NCBI GenBank assembly: GCA_045837725.1
Contig: JBEWZL010000193.1
Coordinates: 62,001-126,000, forward strand
Length of the DNA stretch: 64,000 nucleotides
Reading direction: 5' to 3'
Origin: Vermamoeba vermiformis
Lineage: Eukaryota
Numbering within the stretch: position 1 is the first letter of the stretch; each line of letters starts with the position of its first letter. The position numbers were made by a program, and so were the translations under genes. Positions 1 through 13,180 of the stretch are shown here, piece after piece. The notes beneath the pieces are model-generated. The model had not been told where the DNA came from. It worked only from the letters and a program-made list of their open reading frames with translations, and did no database searches.

Positions 1-780
1 ACTCAATCTGTTGAACGCGTCGTTGGTGTTAGGCGCAACGGCAGCGGAGTACAGCGGCAAGCACGCAGGATATTTTATTAATAGGAATTACGAAACTTTC
101 ATGTGGTTGTTGGATCCGTCGATTCCACTGGTCTCGACAAAAATTCCATTCGTTTTTCCTGATATAGTAACCCCGAACAACAATACTGTCGTGTTGCCCA
201 ATCAAACGATCGTGATCGAAACCACCACTACCATTTTAGGCAACTTCCAACTGTCTAATAGTAGCACAGTGTCGATTACATATGGCAATGTCTTGAATAT
301 CACTGGATGTGCTTCATTGTCAGGTAAGACTAATCGCATCACATTTCCTAATTTGGAAAATTGCCATTTTAGTAAAAATTCGGTAGTAACTGTTTACATT
401 TAGGTACGCTTGTGGTTCAAGTGAAAGATGGCCAAGTGATTTTGAACGACACAGTGCTCCTTGCCTACGCGTGTCGTGACGGCCAGTTCGATCAGTTGGT
501 TGTCGAAGGTGATGTGGATCCGTGCAAAGAGTACCAGCTCAGTTACACGCCTACAACACTCAATATTGTTATTGCCAACTCGAACTTGTGTGTGACAACT
601 CCTTCACCAAAAGCTGACAAGTTTCCTGATTGGGCGATTGCAGTGATCGTTATCGGCGGTCTTGGTATTTGTGGTGCTATTATTGGCATCGTATTGCACT
701 TTAAAAAAGTTGAACAGAAGAAAGAAAACAAACGACTGGACAACAAAATTGAAATGGTCAACAAACCCGATTCTGCGTGA
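1..780 (+). CDS. 3' part of a single-pass membrane protein (5' end outside the window)
   Basis: ORFs 11..403 and 412..780 join through intron 324..403 (GTAAGA..TAG). C-terminal TM helix WAIAVIVIGGLGICGAIIGIVLHF followed by a basic tail. Confidence 0.7.
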
Positions 781-932
781 AAAACTCATCCCTTGCAACA
801 TTACTAGCACCATATTAAATATATCAGTATTAGGAGATAAAGTTTTTACACAAAAACCAAAAATTAAAAATTACAAATTGTTGGATCCGGATCAGATCCG
901 ACACCCAGACAAAGACACCTTAGGTCTCCCTA

Positions 933-3900
933 TTACTTCTTAGCCTTGCTACGAGTAGTAGGTCCCTTCTTCTCCGTTTTGTCCTTCTTCTCGGTCTTGT
1001 CCTTTTTCACCTTAGCGTCAGATTTGTTCAAAGTTCTAGTCGCGCTCGTTGCAGTCGCAGATCCGTTGTCAGAAGTTTTGTTCTCTAACATGGACAATCG
1101 CAATGCCTCTTGATAGTCTCGCTCTTCAGGCGTCAATTCGATTTCAGTCTCCATCACTGACATTTGCAGGGCCTTTTTGAGCTGTTCTTCTTCGGTCTCA
1201 CTGTGCGCCGTCAATGAGGCCTTTAACGCCTTTTCCAATTCTTCGTCTTCTTTCTTTTTGGCCTACAATAACAAATTTAATGACTGAAATATTACCATAA
1301 AAGGAAATATTTAATATACGAACCTCTTCACGTTCGCGTCGTTGTCGTTCACGTTGTTCAATGGCAGTTTCATCGGGGCGATCGTTCACAGGCTCGTTTT
1401 GGTTCTTAGCAGCTCGTTTAGGCTTGGCATAAGCAACACGAATTTTGTCGTCAGTTGATGTACCGCGCCAGCCACGTGCTCCTGAACTCGAATGGTCGAC
1501 ATTGACAGCGACATCGACCAACGCGCGACGACTGTTTTGACCCAACTTGCTAATGTTCATAATTTCAATACGCGCTTCAGCGATATCATGGGGTTCTTTG
1601 TTCTCCAAGGAGCGCGAGATCTAAAAATAGCATCATAAATAAACCATTCCTAAGTAGATTTTTTCGACGAAAAGTTGCTCTCTAACGCGGATCTGGATCC
1701 AACTTACTTGTTCAGTATGACGCTCCAATTCATTTTGTCTATGCTCAAACAAGTTCTTGTTGACCTCGGGACATTGAATAGGTCTATAGAATCCGAAAAT
1801 ATAAGAGTTCATGAGGACAGTACGGCATTGGACCAGCTGCAAGATCGCATCCAAGTAGTATTGAGTAGCGGTCCAAGAAAGCGCGGTTTCTTCTTGAATC
1901 TTAAAGCGCCTATATTCAACAATATTAATAGCCGTATTAACAAATTTAAACAATTTAAATGAGCAAACGGATCCGTTACAAAAAAATTTGAACTCAGGTT
2001 ACATTATCGATCATTATGTTATCAGTTGTCCCTATTTGTAACATATATTTGCTACATCCTCGTTCAAGTATCAAAACTATAGTTTAAACTTACTGGATCC
2101 GAGTTTAAAAACTCCAAAAAAAATTTGAATCTGGATGTGACTTACATTTCTTCAGAAGTCTCAATAAGGCGCTTTTCGATGTTGCGTGATCTGAAGTGAT
2201 TGTTGTATCGCTCAGCATACCATCGATAACGTTCCCAATCTTCTTTGTCGGTCTTGACCTTGGCGTCTTCTTCGACGTAATTATTGCACTTGTGATTTGA
2301 ATAGCCGGAGCTGTCTCCGTCGGGACCTTGACCGAACTTGCCCATGCATTGCCAGCAGAAGTGATAGCGGCACTTGTAGCACGTCATGTGATTGCTATAT
2401 TAGGAAAAAAGTTAAGGTCAGATCTGGATCCGTTGTAACTTTTACCGACAAAATTTCGAAACTATGGATAATGAGAAAGCTTATTATATCATTATTATGT
2501 AGGACTAGTCAATCTTATTATATGATGCCAATATGAACCACTAATATTAATTAGATACGGTAAAATAGTCGCGTGAACATGCCCCCGTAAAATTCAATTA
2601 TTTGTTTTTTTTTGCGATTTGACACTAGTAAATTTCTAAATATGATAGTAATGCCTAAATAAATACGTACCAACCACCGTTCTTTTCAATGTTAGTCTTG
2701 CATCTCGGGCAAGGTCTAGCGAGTGCTGAAATAGCTTTTTCGTTCAGTGAATCATCGCCACCAGCATTTTTAATTTTCCAGTCTTTGAACATGGTGCAGC
2801 TAAATAAATATCATTAGAATATGACAAAATAAGGCTATATTTCGGTAATTAATAAGCTTACTAAGCGGGTTGATGTCCTTCTTCGCGGCATCTGAAACAG
2901 AAGAAATGACCGCACTTGCATGCTACTTCTTCGTTGTGTTCTGACTGGACCTCGCGCAGTTGAATGGCATAGGTACAGTCTATATATTAACCAGTTAGAA
3001 TAGGCTACGCACAAATACTAATGTTGCGAACAGATCCAAAAGAAAAAATAATTGGTTTGGTATGAAATAAACGATGTAGGGTATTATTCAGTATGCTAAT
3101 GCGCTAATTTGATTTGAATTTTACGATTGTAGCGCGTTTTCCTAATTTGGAAGTGATGTTCGTTTTTGAAAATAAAATTGATAAAATATTTGTAACGGAC
3201 TTAGCGCGTACCAGCAGCAGGGCACCACTTGACGAAAGGATTGTTCTCGACATATGACGCGACGAGGTTCTGATTGAACTCTTGCTGCATCTTCTTGTTG
3301 TTGACCAGCTTCATGACCAAGAACTCATCCAGCAATCGACCGCACTTGAATCCAGGACACAAAATTGTTTTTTTCTTTTCTTTAATGTGCACTGACAAGA
3401 ATTCTTTCCAGCAGTCTATAAATACCAACATAGAATTAGCATCATTCAAACTAAGAAAAAATTGGTACGCGAGCTCAGATCTGCATCCAGTACGCATAGA
3501 TTTTCAACTTTTTCGATTCAAATGACAATATGAGTAATATTAATATCGGCATTAATAATTTAAAGGAATTAAAGGAGAATTTTTGAGTCGAAAAATCGTT
3601 GTTCAGGCAAGACTTTGCGACTATTTTTCAAGATTACTATAAAAGGCAACAGCCCACTTACCACCGCACAAGCCATGTCCACACGTCAGCGTCGCAATCT
3701 TGTCATTGTCGTCGCCACACACGCTGCACTCGCCCGGTGCCACCTTGGCCAAAGCGTTCCTCTGCGTTTTGACGTCTTCATCGCGCGGCATTTCCACACC
3801 GGTCTTGGTGCACAGTGACTTGGCGTCATCGGCCCAGCGCTCTAACAACTTCTCGCTGTCCCACTGAGGGGGGAACACATGCAAAGATTAGTCACGTGTA

Positions 3901-5376
3901 CGAGAGAATCGATTTTGATTGGTAAATTTTCAACCACGCAGATCCGCATTTAAAACGTAATTTAATAGCTATTAATAATTAGTATTGTATGTGATTTGTA
4001 ATATCAAATAATTACTATTCAAAAGGCCAATTATAGATCTGCAGTACTTGAAAGGAAATTAAGCAATAAATAAGTAAAATAACCTTGCTAATTGAGTTAT
4101 TAATAAAATATCGTTATCACACAAATAATTATTGATAAAATTAATTATCGAATTAAAATTTCACTTTGTTTCGTCGACGGGACAAATAGGCCATAAGAAT
4201 GTCCTTTAAGTCTTTGCAAATATTCTTTTGCGCGAATTCACTTCCACTTACGTTCATGAAATGCAACAAAGCACGTGCCGAGCTGAACGGAACATTCAAA
4301 AAGTCGCAGACCTTGGTGATGGATGTGGTCTGTTTCAACACAATGTCGTCGCTCGTCAACACTTCGTAGCTGCGCTCCTCTATATAATAAAAGTACCGTA
4401 TTAATAATAATATTAATTGAGGCTAAATAGCTTGTTCACTGAAAATAGCAAGATCCGGATCCAAAAATAAGAATAGAAAATTCAGTCTTATTCAATTAGG
4501 AATATTAATCGAGAAGTAAACGTATCATAATAAATTTAAATATGATTCAAGCTTATTATTAGTAATTGACTGATTTGAATTTAAAGGCTGGATTTGGTCT
4601 TGTTTTTTTTTGTTATTTGAAATAGACGTAAAATTAAATGTATTTTCATATACTTACTCTTCTTATTATCCTCTTCTTCGAATTGAAAGCCGTCAGCCTC
4701 TTCTTGGTCGTTGTAAATTGAATCTGTGGATTGACGAACCGAGCCAGGCAGAGATCGGCCATAAATCTCTGAATCATCGTCGTAATCCATTTGATCTTCA
4801 TCGCCATCATCATCGCCACTATTATTATCCTCGTCTTCGTCCATCGACTGATATTCGTTGTCGTCATCTGAAGATTCTGCAAGAGGATTCAAAAATGAGT
4901 AAAATTCGAGATCCAGCGCAAAAATTAGGATATTAATAATTGATATTAATATAACTGTGGCTGTATTAATAAATCAAAACGGTATTGATTGTGATTCTAA
5001 TGGTATTTTTGGATCACGATGGAAAAAAAATAAGAAAGATATTCGTTGACAAATATTATGGATAATATTGGTTTATACGTATTATATGTAATATACACGT
5101 ACCAGCTTTGGGCTTCTTTTTCTCCTTCGTTTCCTAGAAATAGCGAATTTTCAGAAATTAATTTAATTTTCAAGTATCAAGACTTTTTCTTAATAATCCA
5201 TTCTGGACTATATTATTCGTATTATATGTTCATCATAGATATTATTTTCTATTGCAAAAACCGATTTTAAATTTAACGGATTTGGATGCGAATCTAAGTA
5301 CCAAATTTTTGTATTCTTCAAGCGAGGCCGCAATCGCTGCTTGGAGCAGTTCTTCTTCGGTCATATGATCAGCCAT
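933..5376 (-). CDS. ARIH1: Ariadne-family RBR E3 ubiquitin ligase with UIM-like motifs (multi-exon)
   Basis: Acidic N-terminus; RING1 CSVC..CGHGLC..CWKEFL; IBR WCPAA..CKCGHFFCFRC..H; RING2 [30 protein letters not shown]; Ariadne domain (LMNSYIFGFY..LFEHRQNELERHTEQ). First exon MADHMTEEELLQAAIAASLEE. Confidence 0.9.
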
Positions 5377-6058
5377 ATTGTATATTAATCACAACACTAT
5401 TGTTTTAAACAAGTTGTTGTGTTGCACAGGATCGAGAATAAAAATCAAAAACTCTTCTGCGTGCTATTTAAAGCAGCAATACACCACAATGAATTAAAAT
5501 ATTATTAACGATACATATATATTATTTTGTCCTATAACCGGAGCAGCAAGCTTATTCTCATCACTTTCTCAGGCTCATCGAAACACATTCGAACCTGGTA
5601 CTATTTAAAGGCCGATTTTAATGTCGTTATAATACCAGGTAATATTACAAATATTTTAATAGTATAATTCAATATTAATTATCGACACTGTTACGATTTG
5701 AGGTCGATCAATTGAGCGTGTATTTTTTATTTCCCATTAACACGAGTATTTCTCGCCGTTATAATCATCCACATGCTAATAGAGCTATTTGAATAATAAT
5801 CTAATATTTTTTGGGCTTAATTCTTGCGATCTGTGGCCACATCTGATATTTTAAAGAAAGTGCACCAACAAATCTGGCTTCAGAAAAGTTACAACACTCT
5901 CGCTTAATAATCTTGAAGCATGGATCGATAAAAAATATCAGGGCATGCAATATGCACCAATCAGCTCAATTCTTGGTCGTTCGGTGAAAAGTTACCAACC
6001 TTGCTAAAAAAAAGCGATAAAAAGTCGATTTTGGTTGTTTATTCATTCTGAAATCAAA

Positions 6059-9000
6059 ATGTTTATGAAACGACACACCGAAGACCATGACTTCATTATT
6101 GATGAAGTTATTTCGGCTTTGCAAAAGTCAATCCGAAGAAAATTAAAAGAAGAGGCGATCTATTGGGCACTGCAACTCCACAACAGCGGCTATGGAAATG
6201 CGGTGTTCAAGCGATTGACTATTATATTAAGTAATTGATATTTAATGAATTTTAAAGCGGGATCTAAATAATTAAATTCTTTATGGTCTTTATTCTTTGA
6301 TATTTTGGGTTTGAAATATCTTTTTATATGCTTTTATATTCTTATACGTATAGAATATTAAGTATACATATTAGGCGAAGACATTGGCGTTGCAGAAAGC
6401 ACGTTGCCGATCTGCTATGCGAATGCGTACGCCGCTTGGAAAAAAATCGTTGGCAAGAAGGTTACTGATTGCATTAAGTATCCTGCTGCTAGAGACATCT
6501 TAATTAAGGTCGTTGCATTGTTTTCTGATGCGAATAAGACGCGGATCGTGAACAACGCTGCTGCGTACTTTTCAACGGTTACAAATAAGAATAACGTCTA
6601 TGCCGTGGTGCCTAACGACAATGCCGTGCTTAAAAAGTATATGGATAATTTATTTATTAAGGATAAAGACAATACGGAGCTAAAGCAAGTCTTTGAACAA
6701 TTGATCTACGCGATCGAGCTGAATCAAGAAGAAAAGGCTTTGTATTGGTTAACGAATATATACGAACGCGTTCCTAAGTAAGTATAATTATGGTACTAGA
6801 ATAGCGATAAGAATTGAATTTAAGATTTCGTACTGGATTTGACTAATTTTTAAAAATGATAGAAAAAAGGAAGAAAAGACGAGTTTGGACTTAAAATGCA
6901 AGAATAAGGACGGCATATTCCATTACTACTGGTCTATATTGAAATACTTCGCTAAGCAATTGAAAAAAGAACAAAAAGAGATCCAAAATATTGTCGAGAC
7001 TTTGGATACTTTAATGAACATATATGAAGAGAATAAGGATCTCAAACTAGCCTTGTTCCACGCTCTATTATTAGTCGTAAGATTGCATGCGAACGACAAA
7101 TATTTGAGCGATAAGTTCGGATCTATCGTAAAATTGCCTAATATGGAAAGAGAAGAACTGGATCGGCTTTACAAGACGAGCAAGGACGAAAAGAAAGACG
7201 TACCTGATTACGCCGTTGATAAGCATACTGGTCGTGGTAAATCAATGAAGAGAGGTAAGCACATCCGCTAAAAAAATGAATTTTGTTGTTCGATCTACTT
7301 CGAATTTTTTTTGACGATGAAATCATATTGAAATAATACTATATTCGGTTATCATATACTTATTTGATATTAATGTGATTGATTTTTTGGTGATATTGAT
7401 TTAACGAAGTAAATTTTTTTCATCATTTAAAATTGTCGGAGCGGATCCGATATTTTATGGAAATTATAGTTTGTTATTGTTATCATATAGTTAATACTAA
7501 GGTCTTTTCTTATCATAACGATTATATTTATTGAATTTTGAAGTCGAATAATTGTGCTAATTTTTGATGATAGGTTTGCAACACTTTTTCACTGAAGGTG
7601 CATTCGTGTTGGATCCTCCATTTGCAGATTTGTACCTGCAAAGAGCGCAAGAAGCGTATTACAAGATTGAAAAAGAGATGGGCGTCAAGGCAGCTAAGAG
7701 CACGCAGATCCGAAAACGAAAACGAAGTGCGTTTGACAACGACGAGAAAGAAAGTGAAGAGAGTGGTGAAGAGAATAGCAATAATAATAATACTAGTAAT
7801 AGTAGTGAGATTAACGAAGAAAAAAGTTCATCGGAGGAAATGGATGTGACACCACCGAAGAAAAAGAGAAAATTGAATAATAACAAGATTGATAATATGG
7901 ATATCGATGATGATATTAAAGAAGAAAAGAATAATAAGAAGGAAAAAATTAATAAGGATGCATTATTAGCGAAACAAATGAACTTGAAAAAATTGACGGT
8001 GGATCCGGTGGATGCCGAAAAGAATTGCAAAGAATTGAAGTTTGATGGCAGTATACTGAATGATAAGACGAGTATATACGAAGAGAATGAAATTCTTTAC
8101 AATGGAATTTACGCGCAATTACCTGCTGGTGGCAAACCGACAACTTTTTTGGCGACTTTAAAATTGCCGGAATTTAAAGCCGTTGAAGTCTTCGTGAAAG
8201 GTAAGACCATATTTATTACTAAATATAGTAATTAATGATGAATTCGATTAGGTCCGTGTTTGGATCCGAATTATAATATCGGTCAATGTATGATCGATGA
8301 GGCGAAAAAATTGTTTGGCTTGAACAGCGTGGGAACTCATCGAATTTTATTAAATCCTGATGTTAGTTATCATAGGTACGTATAGTAATAATAATATATA
8401 GTATTATAACTATCGATAATAGTGAAAAAAAATTTAGTGTGAAAAAATTGAAAGATATTTTTTTATTTGTGGTGAAAAAATTATGAGATATTTTTACTAG
8501 AAATATTAATATTTAATTATAGAGTGGCGAATTGCAATGATTTCTTGATTATGCGCGATGTCGGTGAAGGATCCATGAAAGGCTATCCGAGTACACTTAA
8601 CAAAGGTTACGTGGTGCTCGATAAGGCTAAATTAAACACGCCAGATTTGGTGCAATATTTTAAGAATGAAAAGAATAACAAATTGGATATTAAGAACGAT
8701 CGAGAATTGTTGCAACAATATTCAAGAATTTTGGCGTTCAGAGCCTTGTTCGAGACATCTGATGCAAATAATCACAACTTTTTGATCGATATTACGAAGA
8801 ACACGCTTTATTCGATCGATGAAAATGTCGTGTTTAAGGTACGTTTATTACCAAATAAGGAAATGAATTTTTTCTTCATTTTAATTTTTTCGCGATTAAG
8901 TTTCTAACGCAAAATAATAAGAATTTATTCAAGTATATGATTATTAATAAGATATTATAGGGATTTATGAATGGCAAGATGTACTCGCATTTCCCGGTGA

Positions 9001-9215
9001 AGTCGATCGGTGAATCCGTTGCAAAGTTTTGTAAAGAAGATAAATTCTTTGGAGAAATGCTTGAAGAGTGGAAAAAGATAGTCGAAGGCGATGAGATTAA
9101 AGAGTTATTATTAAAGTTCAAATACAATGATAGTCATGTGAAGAAATTGAAACAAAATTTGACGAGCTTGATCCAACTGCACAAAGCGAACAAATTGCAA
9201 TTTTATAGAACGTAA
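6059..9215 (+). CDS. Fusion of an MgsA/RarA C-terminal-like helical domain (no AAA+ ATPase), an acidic/basic linker and an atypical kinase-like domain
   Basis: DEVISALQKSIRR..EEAIYWALQL..RL.II..EDIG.A; PDYAVDKHTGRGKSMKRG|LQHFFTEGA; NLS-like PPKKKRK; C-terminal VFVKGP..SDANNHNFLI..LYSIDE. Exons join through GT-AG introns. Confidence 0.65.
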
Positions 9216-9385
9216 TCGTCTAACATAATCCCTATAATAGGGATTATAATGTTTACTAATGTTAACGAAAATTAATTAAAAAACGGATCCAGTTCAACAA
9301 CAAATCTCTAATTTTTGCATCAGCCTAAAACGGCATAAATTTTATTAGCCAATATTAATTACGATGAAGATTTAAAAGTAAGTTT

Positions 9386-9866
9386 CTATGAGAGACTATA
9401 TTTGACTTCGGTCTTGGCTTCAGGCACAGTCTGCACGAGTTCGCTCAACGAGAATTCTTTGGGAATGTTGCTGGGAATCCATCCATGGTTCGGCGACCAG
9501 ACCTCTTTGAGAAGAATTGCAGTGCCGTAGGCTTTGAGATTTGACGCGGGCCAAGTTTTTGAAGTTTTCCTGAACCGACCTCCGCGAGTACCATATCTGG
9601 AAAAACCGACCAATTACGTCAATAATTCGCATTGACACGTGTCAAAAAGATGCTTCAAAAACTTACCCAAAGTCCTCTTTCGCTGGCATAGGTTGATTAG
9701 GGTCCAGCGACACGCCTTGTACGGGACAACCGTCGTCATGTTGCAACGGACACGTGGCAAAGAATTTTTCGAGAATTGCGTTCTGTTTGTCCTTGTCTTG
9801 CACGCTCTTGAATACGATCACGTATCTGTTGTTTGGAAAAAGATAAGTTTTGGTTTCGAAATTCAT
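9386..9866 (-). CDS. Small two-exon hypothetical protein
   Basis: MNFETKTYLF..EDFG splices (GTAAGT..TTCCAG, about 9666..9597) in frame to YGTRGGRFRK..KYSLS*. Confidence 0.55.
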
Positions 9867-9922
9867 TTTCACTCAGTGGTTTCAACGACAAATGTGCAGT
9901 TTGCAAGAATGATTATTATCAA

Positions 9923-12290
9923 TCAATAATAATACAATGTATAGTAGCCGCCGGCGCTAATGTGGTGTTAAAATATTAATAATGAATATAAAAATCGGAC
10001 GTAAAAATTAACGTCCGAACATCGAGGATCAAAAGATTTTTTTTCGAGTACCACATTTGCACCGTAATTTCAACTATTAGAAAATATCTAAACATTATAA
10101 CAATACTTGCCTATACTCGAACTTGACCTCTTTGAGTACTTGCGAGTCCAAATTGAATGCAGGACACTCGCACAACTCGGCCAATCGGTTCCACAACTTG
10201 CCATACGACACGCGATGAATATTAACGCCAAGCTGTGCCGTGTCAATCGTGTCAGCATTTCCAGGAATAGACAACACATCGACTTGTTCATGAATGAAGG
10301 GACTCGTCAAGTCAATTATTCCGCCGTCACCTTCGCCATTCACGAACATTTTTCCGCTGAATTTTCCCAACTCGTTTCTGATTGGTTCAATGCGTCCCCA
10401 TTTCGCACCAAAATTGAGCATTTGAATCACGTGACCGGTGCGAATGTCAATAACTGCGTGACCAATCGTGTGTCGGTCTTTTTTCAGCGCCAAAGTGCAC
10501 ACATTGTCTACGAGCGCGATGAATGCTCCCTACAGGAAAACGAAACCTTAAATTGTTATCGAGTAAAGGTATAACTTTTGATATTACGTCGTAATTTTGA
10601 ACTAAAAAAGAAAAGGTGTCAGATCATAAGGAACTGCAAAAAACCCAAATTCGGTTTGTTTTTTGAACTAATGTTGTATTGTACGCACCTTTTGTTTAGT
10701 TTGCTCTTCAATATTGTATTGACGAAGCACATCGCCGTTCCTTGGATCGAAGACTGTCAAATGTCCACTCTCGTCATAGACCGCTAACGTGTCATTATGT
10801 GCTGATACGCCCGAGATTTTATGTTCGTTTGGCACCTTGATTGTGACAGAACTTTTTTTGAGCTGTCAAAAAAGTTAGTGACACATGCTCCAACATGCAC
10901 GCTAAAATTTTGACCACTATTCGCGAAAAAAGTAGTAATGATAATATTATTAATATAATCGTGTCGAATACATTATACGAACAAAATTTTAAGGTAGCAC
11001 GTGATATACTAAGCGAATATTAAGTCTCCAAAGTTTGGACCTCCGAAGAGTGAAAAATTTTCTGTCAGTACTTACGTCCGCTTTCGATCTCCAATTATAC
11101 ACGGTGAGCGTGTGCCCCAATTTGCCGGTAGTATATCCAACATATTTCTCCGAAAAAAATAACAATTCGCCGGGCAATTTGACTTCGTGGATCTTATCGG
11201 GACTATCAGCAAAATCGTAGAACTGAACAAACGTGTATTCATAGGTATAATAGTCCCTATGTTATATAGTTAGCAGAATATATCATATTTGAGTTTACTT
11301 ACTGATTTCTTTTGGATCTGTGGTGCGCTAGACAAGTACCGCAAAAATCACCCCAGATGAACGTTCTTGTTTCCCATTCAAGGCCTAAAATTACATTATA
11401 TATGTTACAGTACTATAATGATCCTATTTATACGCACTTAAGGTCGTTATTGGCGTAGCAGGAATTCTCAGTTTCGAATCTGCTTTTGTATGGTAAGGAT
11501 AAACTTTGATTTGTCGAAAAGAAACTCCACTAGAATAGGGCGCAGTTTGTGTTTCCATATCAAACAATAGCCAATATTTGCCTACGAGTTTAACATGCTG
11601 CTTTTCCGCGCCTTTGATTTTTAGGTGCTCGAATGTTTTTGAATCGACAAAACTTGAAGCCAACGTGCTGGACGGGCTATACGATCTATATCATAAATTA
11701 GTAATCTAATATCATTATGTCATATTAATAAGGCCCTTACCCTCGGTAGTTTATAGTTTTGTTCATTGTCACGCCGATCGGGCTATTAAAATCGTATAAT
11801 CGTTCTAAATCTCCGTTAGCATTGGGCATTTGAACTGACTTGGCTAGGCATCGATAAATAAACCTATATTTAAATTAACAACGTAAGTTGAAGTGATGAT
11901 CCGTCGGTATCGTAGACAAACCTTCCGTTCTTAAGGTTTAAAAGCGGTGCATCTTGCTGATAAAGTTCCTTCCAACTGCCTTCATGATGGATTATGGCTC
12001 CATCGTGATCTTGGATGAATAGGTTCTGGATTTGAATATTTCGATTAATTTCTCAAAAATATCCTACAAAATATCTGCATTAAGGCTCTTACCTTCCATA
12101 TGAAATTTTGATTGGTGAGTTCATTAAATAATTTATTGACGCGGCAGCAGCTGATTAAGTCTTTGAGTCCCAGATTCAGCAGAATGTGCGAGATCGCCTC
12201 GTTAGGCAAATTGAAAGCCCTTTAAACATGATATTAGTGCTTACTAATATAGCGCGATTTTGATTTCACTTACGTTCCCTGGTGCTCCAT
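9923..12290 (-). CDS. F-box protein (multi-exon)
   Basis: N-terminal F-box FNLPNEAISHILLNLGLKDLISCCRVNKLFNELTNQNFIW (about 12095-12220). The last intron is probably GC-AG (10110..9957). Confidence 0.7.
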
Positions 12291-12408
12291 TGATGTGTCG
12301 CAGAAAACTCGCGTGGAAAATTTCCTCTCGTTCACAAAAACTTACCAGAGACGTTGCACGCATTAAATCCATGAAAATATATTACACAACAAGTACGTAC
12401 ATACATCA

Positions 12409-12935
12409 ATGACAGAAGAATATTGGAGCACACCGCAAAACAAAGTTTATCACGACAGTGAGACTGACACCATTGTTCTGGACTGGCTCGATTACAACAC
12501 GTCGCAAAATTTCCGAGAAGCAACAATAAAATCAGTACGAATTATTATATGTTATATAACATGATCTGTTTGACTTAAATTTTGCTCGGATTTGTTTTTG
12601 ATCCGAAATCTTGAACTTGCGACGGAAAACTTGATTCATTTTAATATTTTTTATTTTAGCTTGAGTTGACTAAATTGAAACAATGCAAGAAACTACTAGT
12701 AGACACCGAGAAATTGAAGATTATCTTCGGAGAGGACCAGAAATTCATTTCCGAACAATTATTCCCGCAAATGAAGGCTGCAGGAATAAGATTCGTAGCT
12801 ATGGTGAATTCTTTACATTATTTTGCACAAATTGGCGCGCGACAGATCACATCCACTTTCGGATCTGAAGTTGTCGTAGAATACTTCCAAAACAGAGAAA
12901 GCGCATTCAAATGGCTTAAAAATGTACAAATATAG
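12409..12935 (+). CDS. STAS/SEC14 (SpoIIAA)-like small protein of bacterial type, two exons
   Basis: Exon 1 12409..12534 (MTEEYW..IVLDWLDYNTSQNFREATIKS), phase-0 intron 12535..12659, exon 2 LELTKLKQCKKLLVDT..DQKFISEQLFPQMKAAGIRFVAMV..YFQNRESAFKWL. Confidence 0.7.
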
Positions 12936-13180
12936 CAATAATAAAGTAATCAGAGAGCGTTGGTGCTCGACAGAACTAAAGTACAAGTTTCAGTACACGT
13001 GTCAACATGACACTTTGACACTTATTCACAAGCTTACAATAGGATTAATACACATATTAAAGCCACTAAGCACCAGACCCTGTGAGCTTAAAACTAACCG
13101 AGGTATTATGGACACTCGTACGCTTAAGGTTGATCCAGTAAGTCCTCGCAGATCTGCTACCTCGAAAGTGTCAAAAAGTG

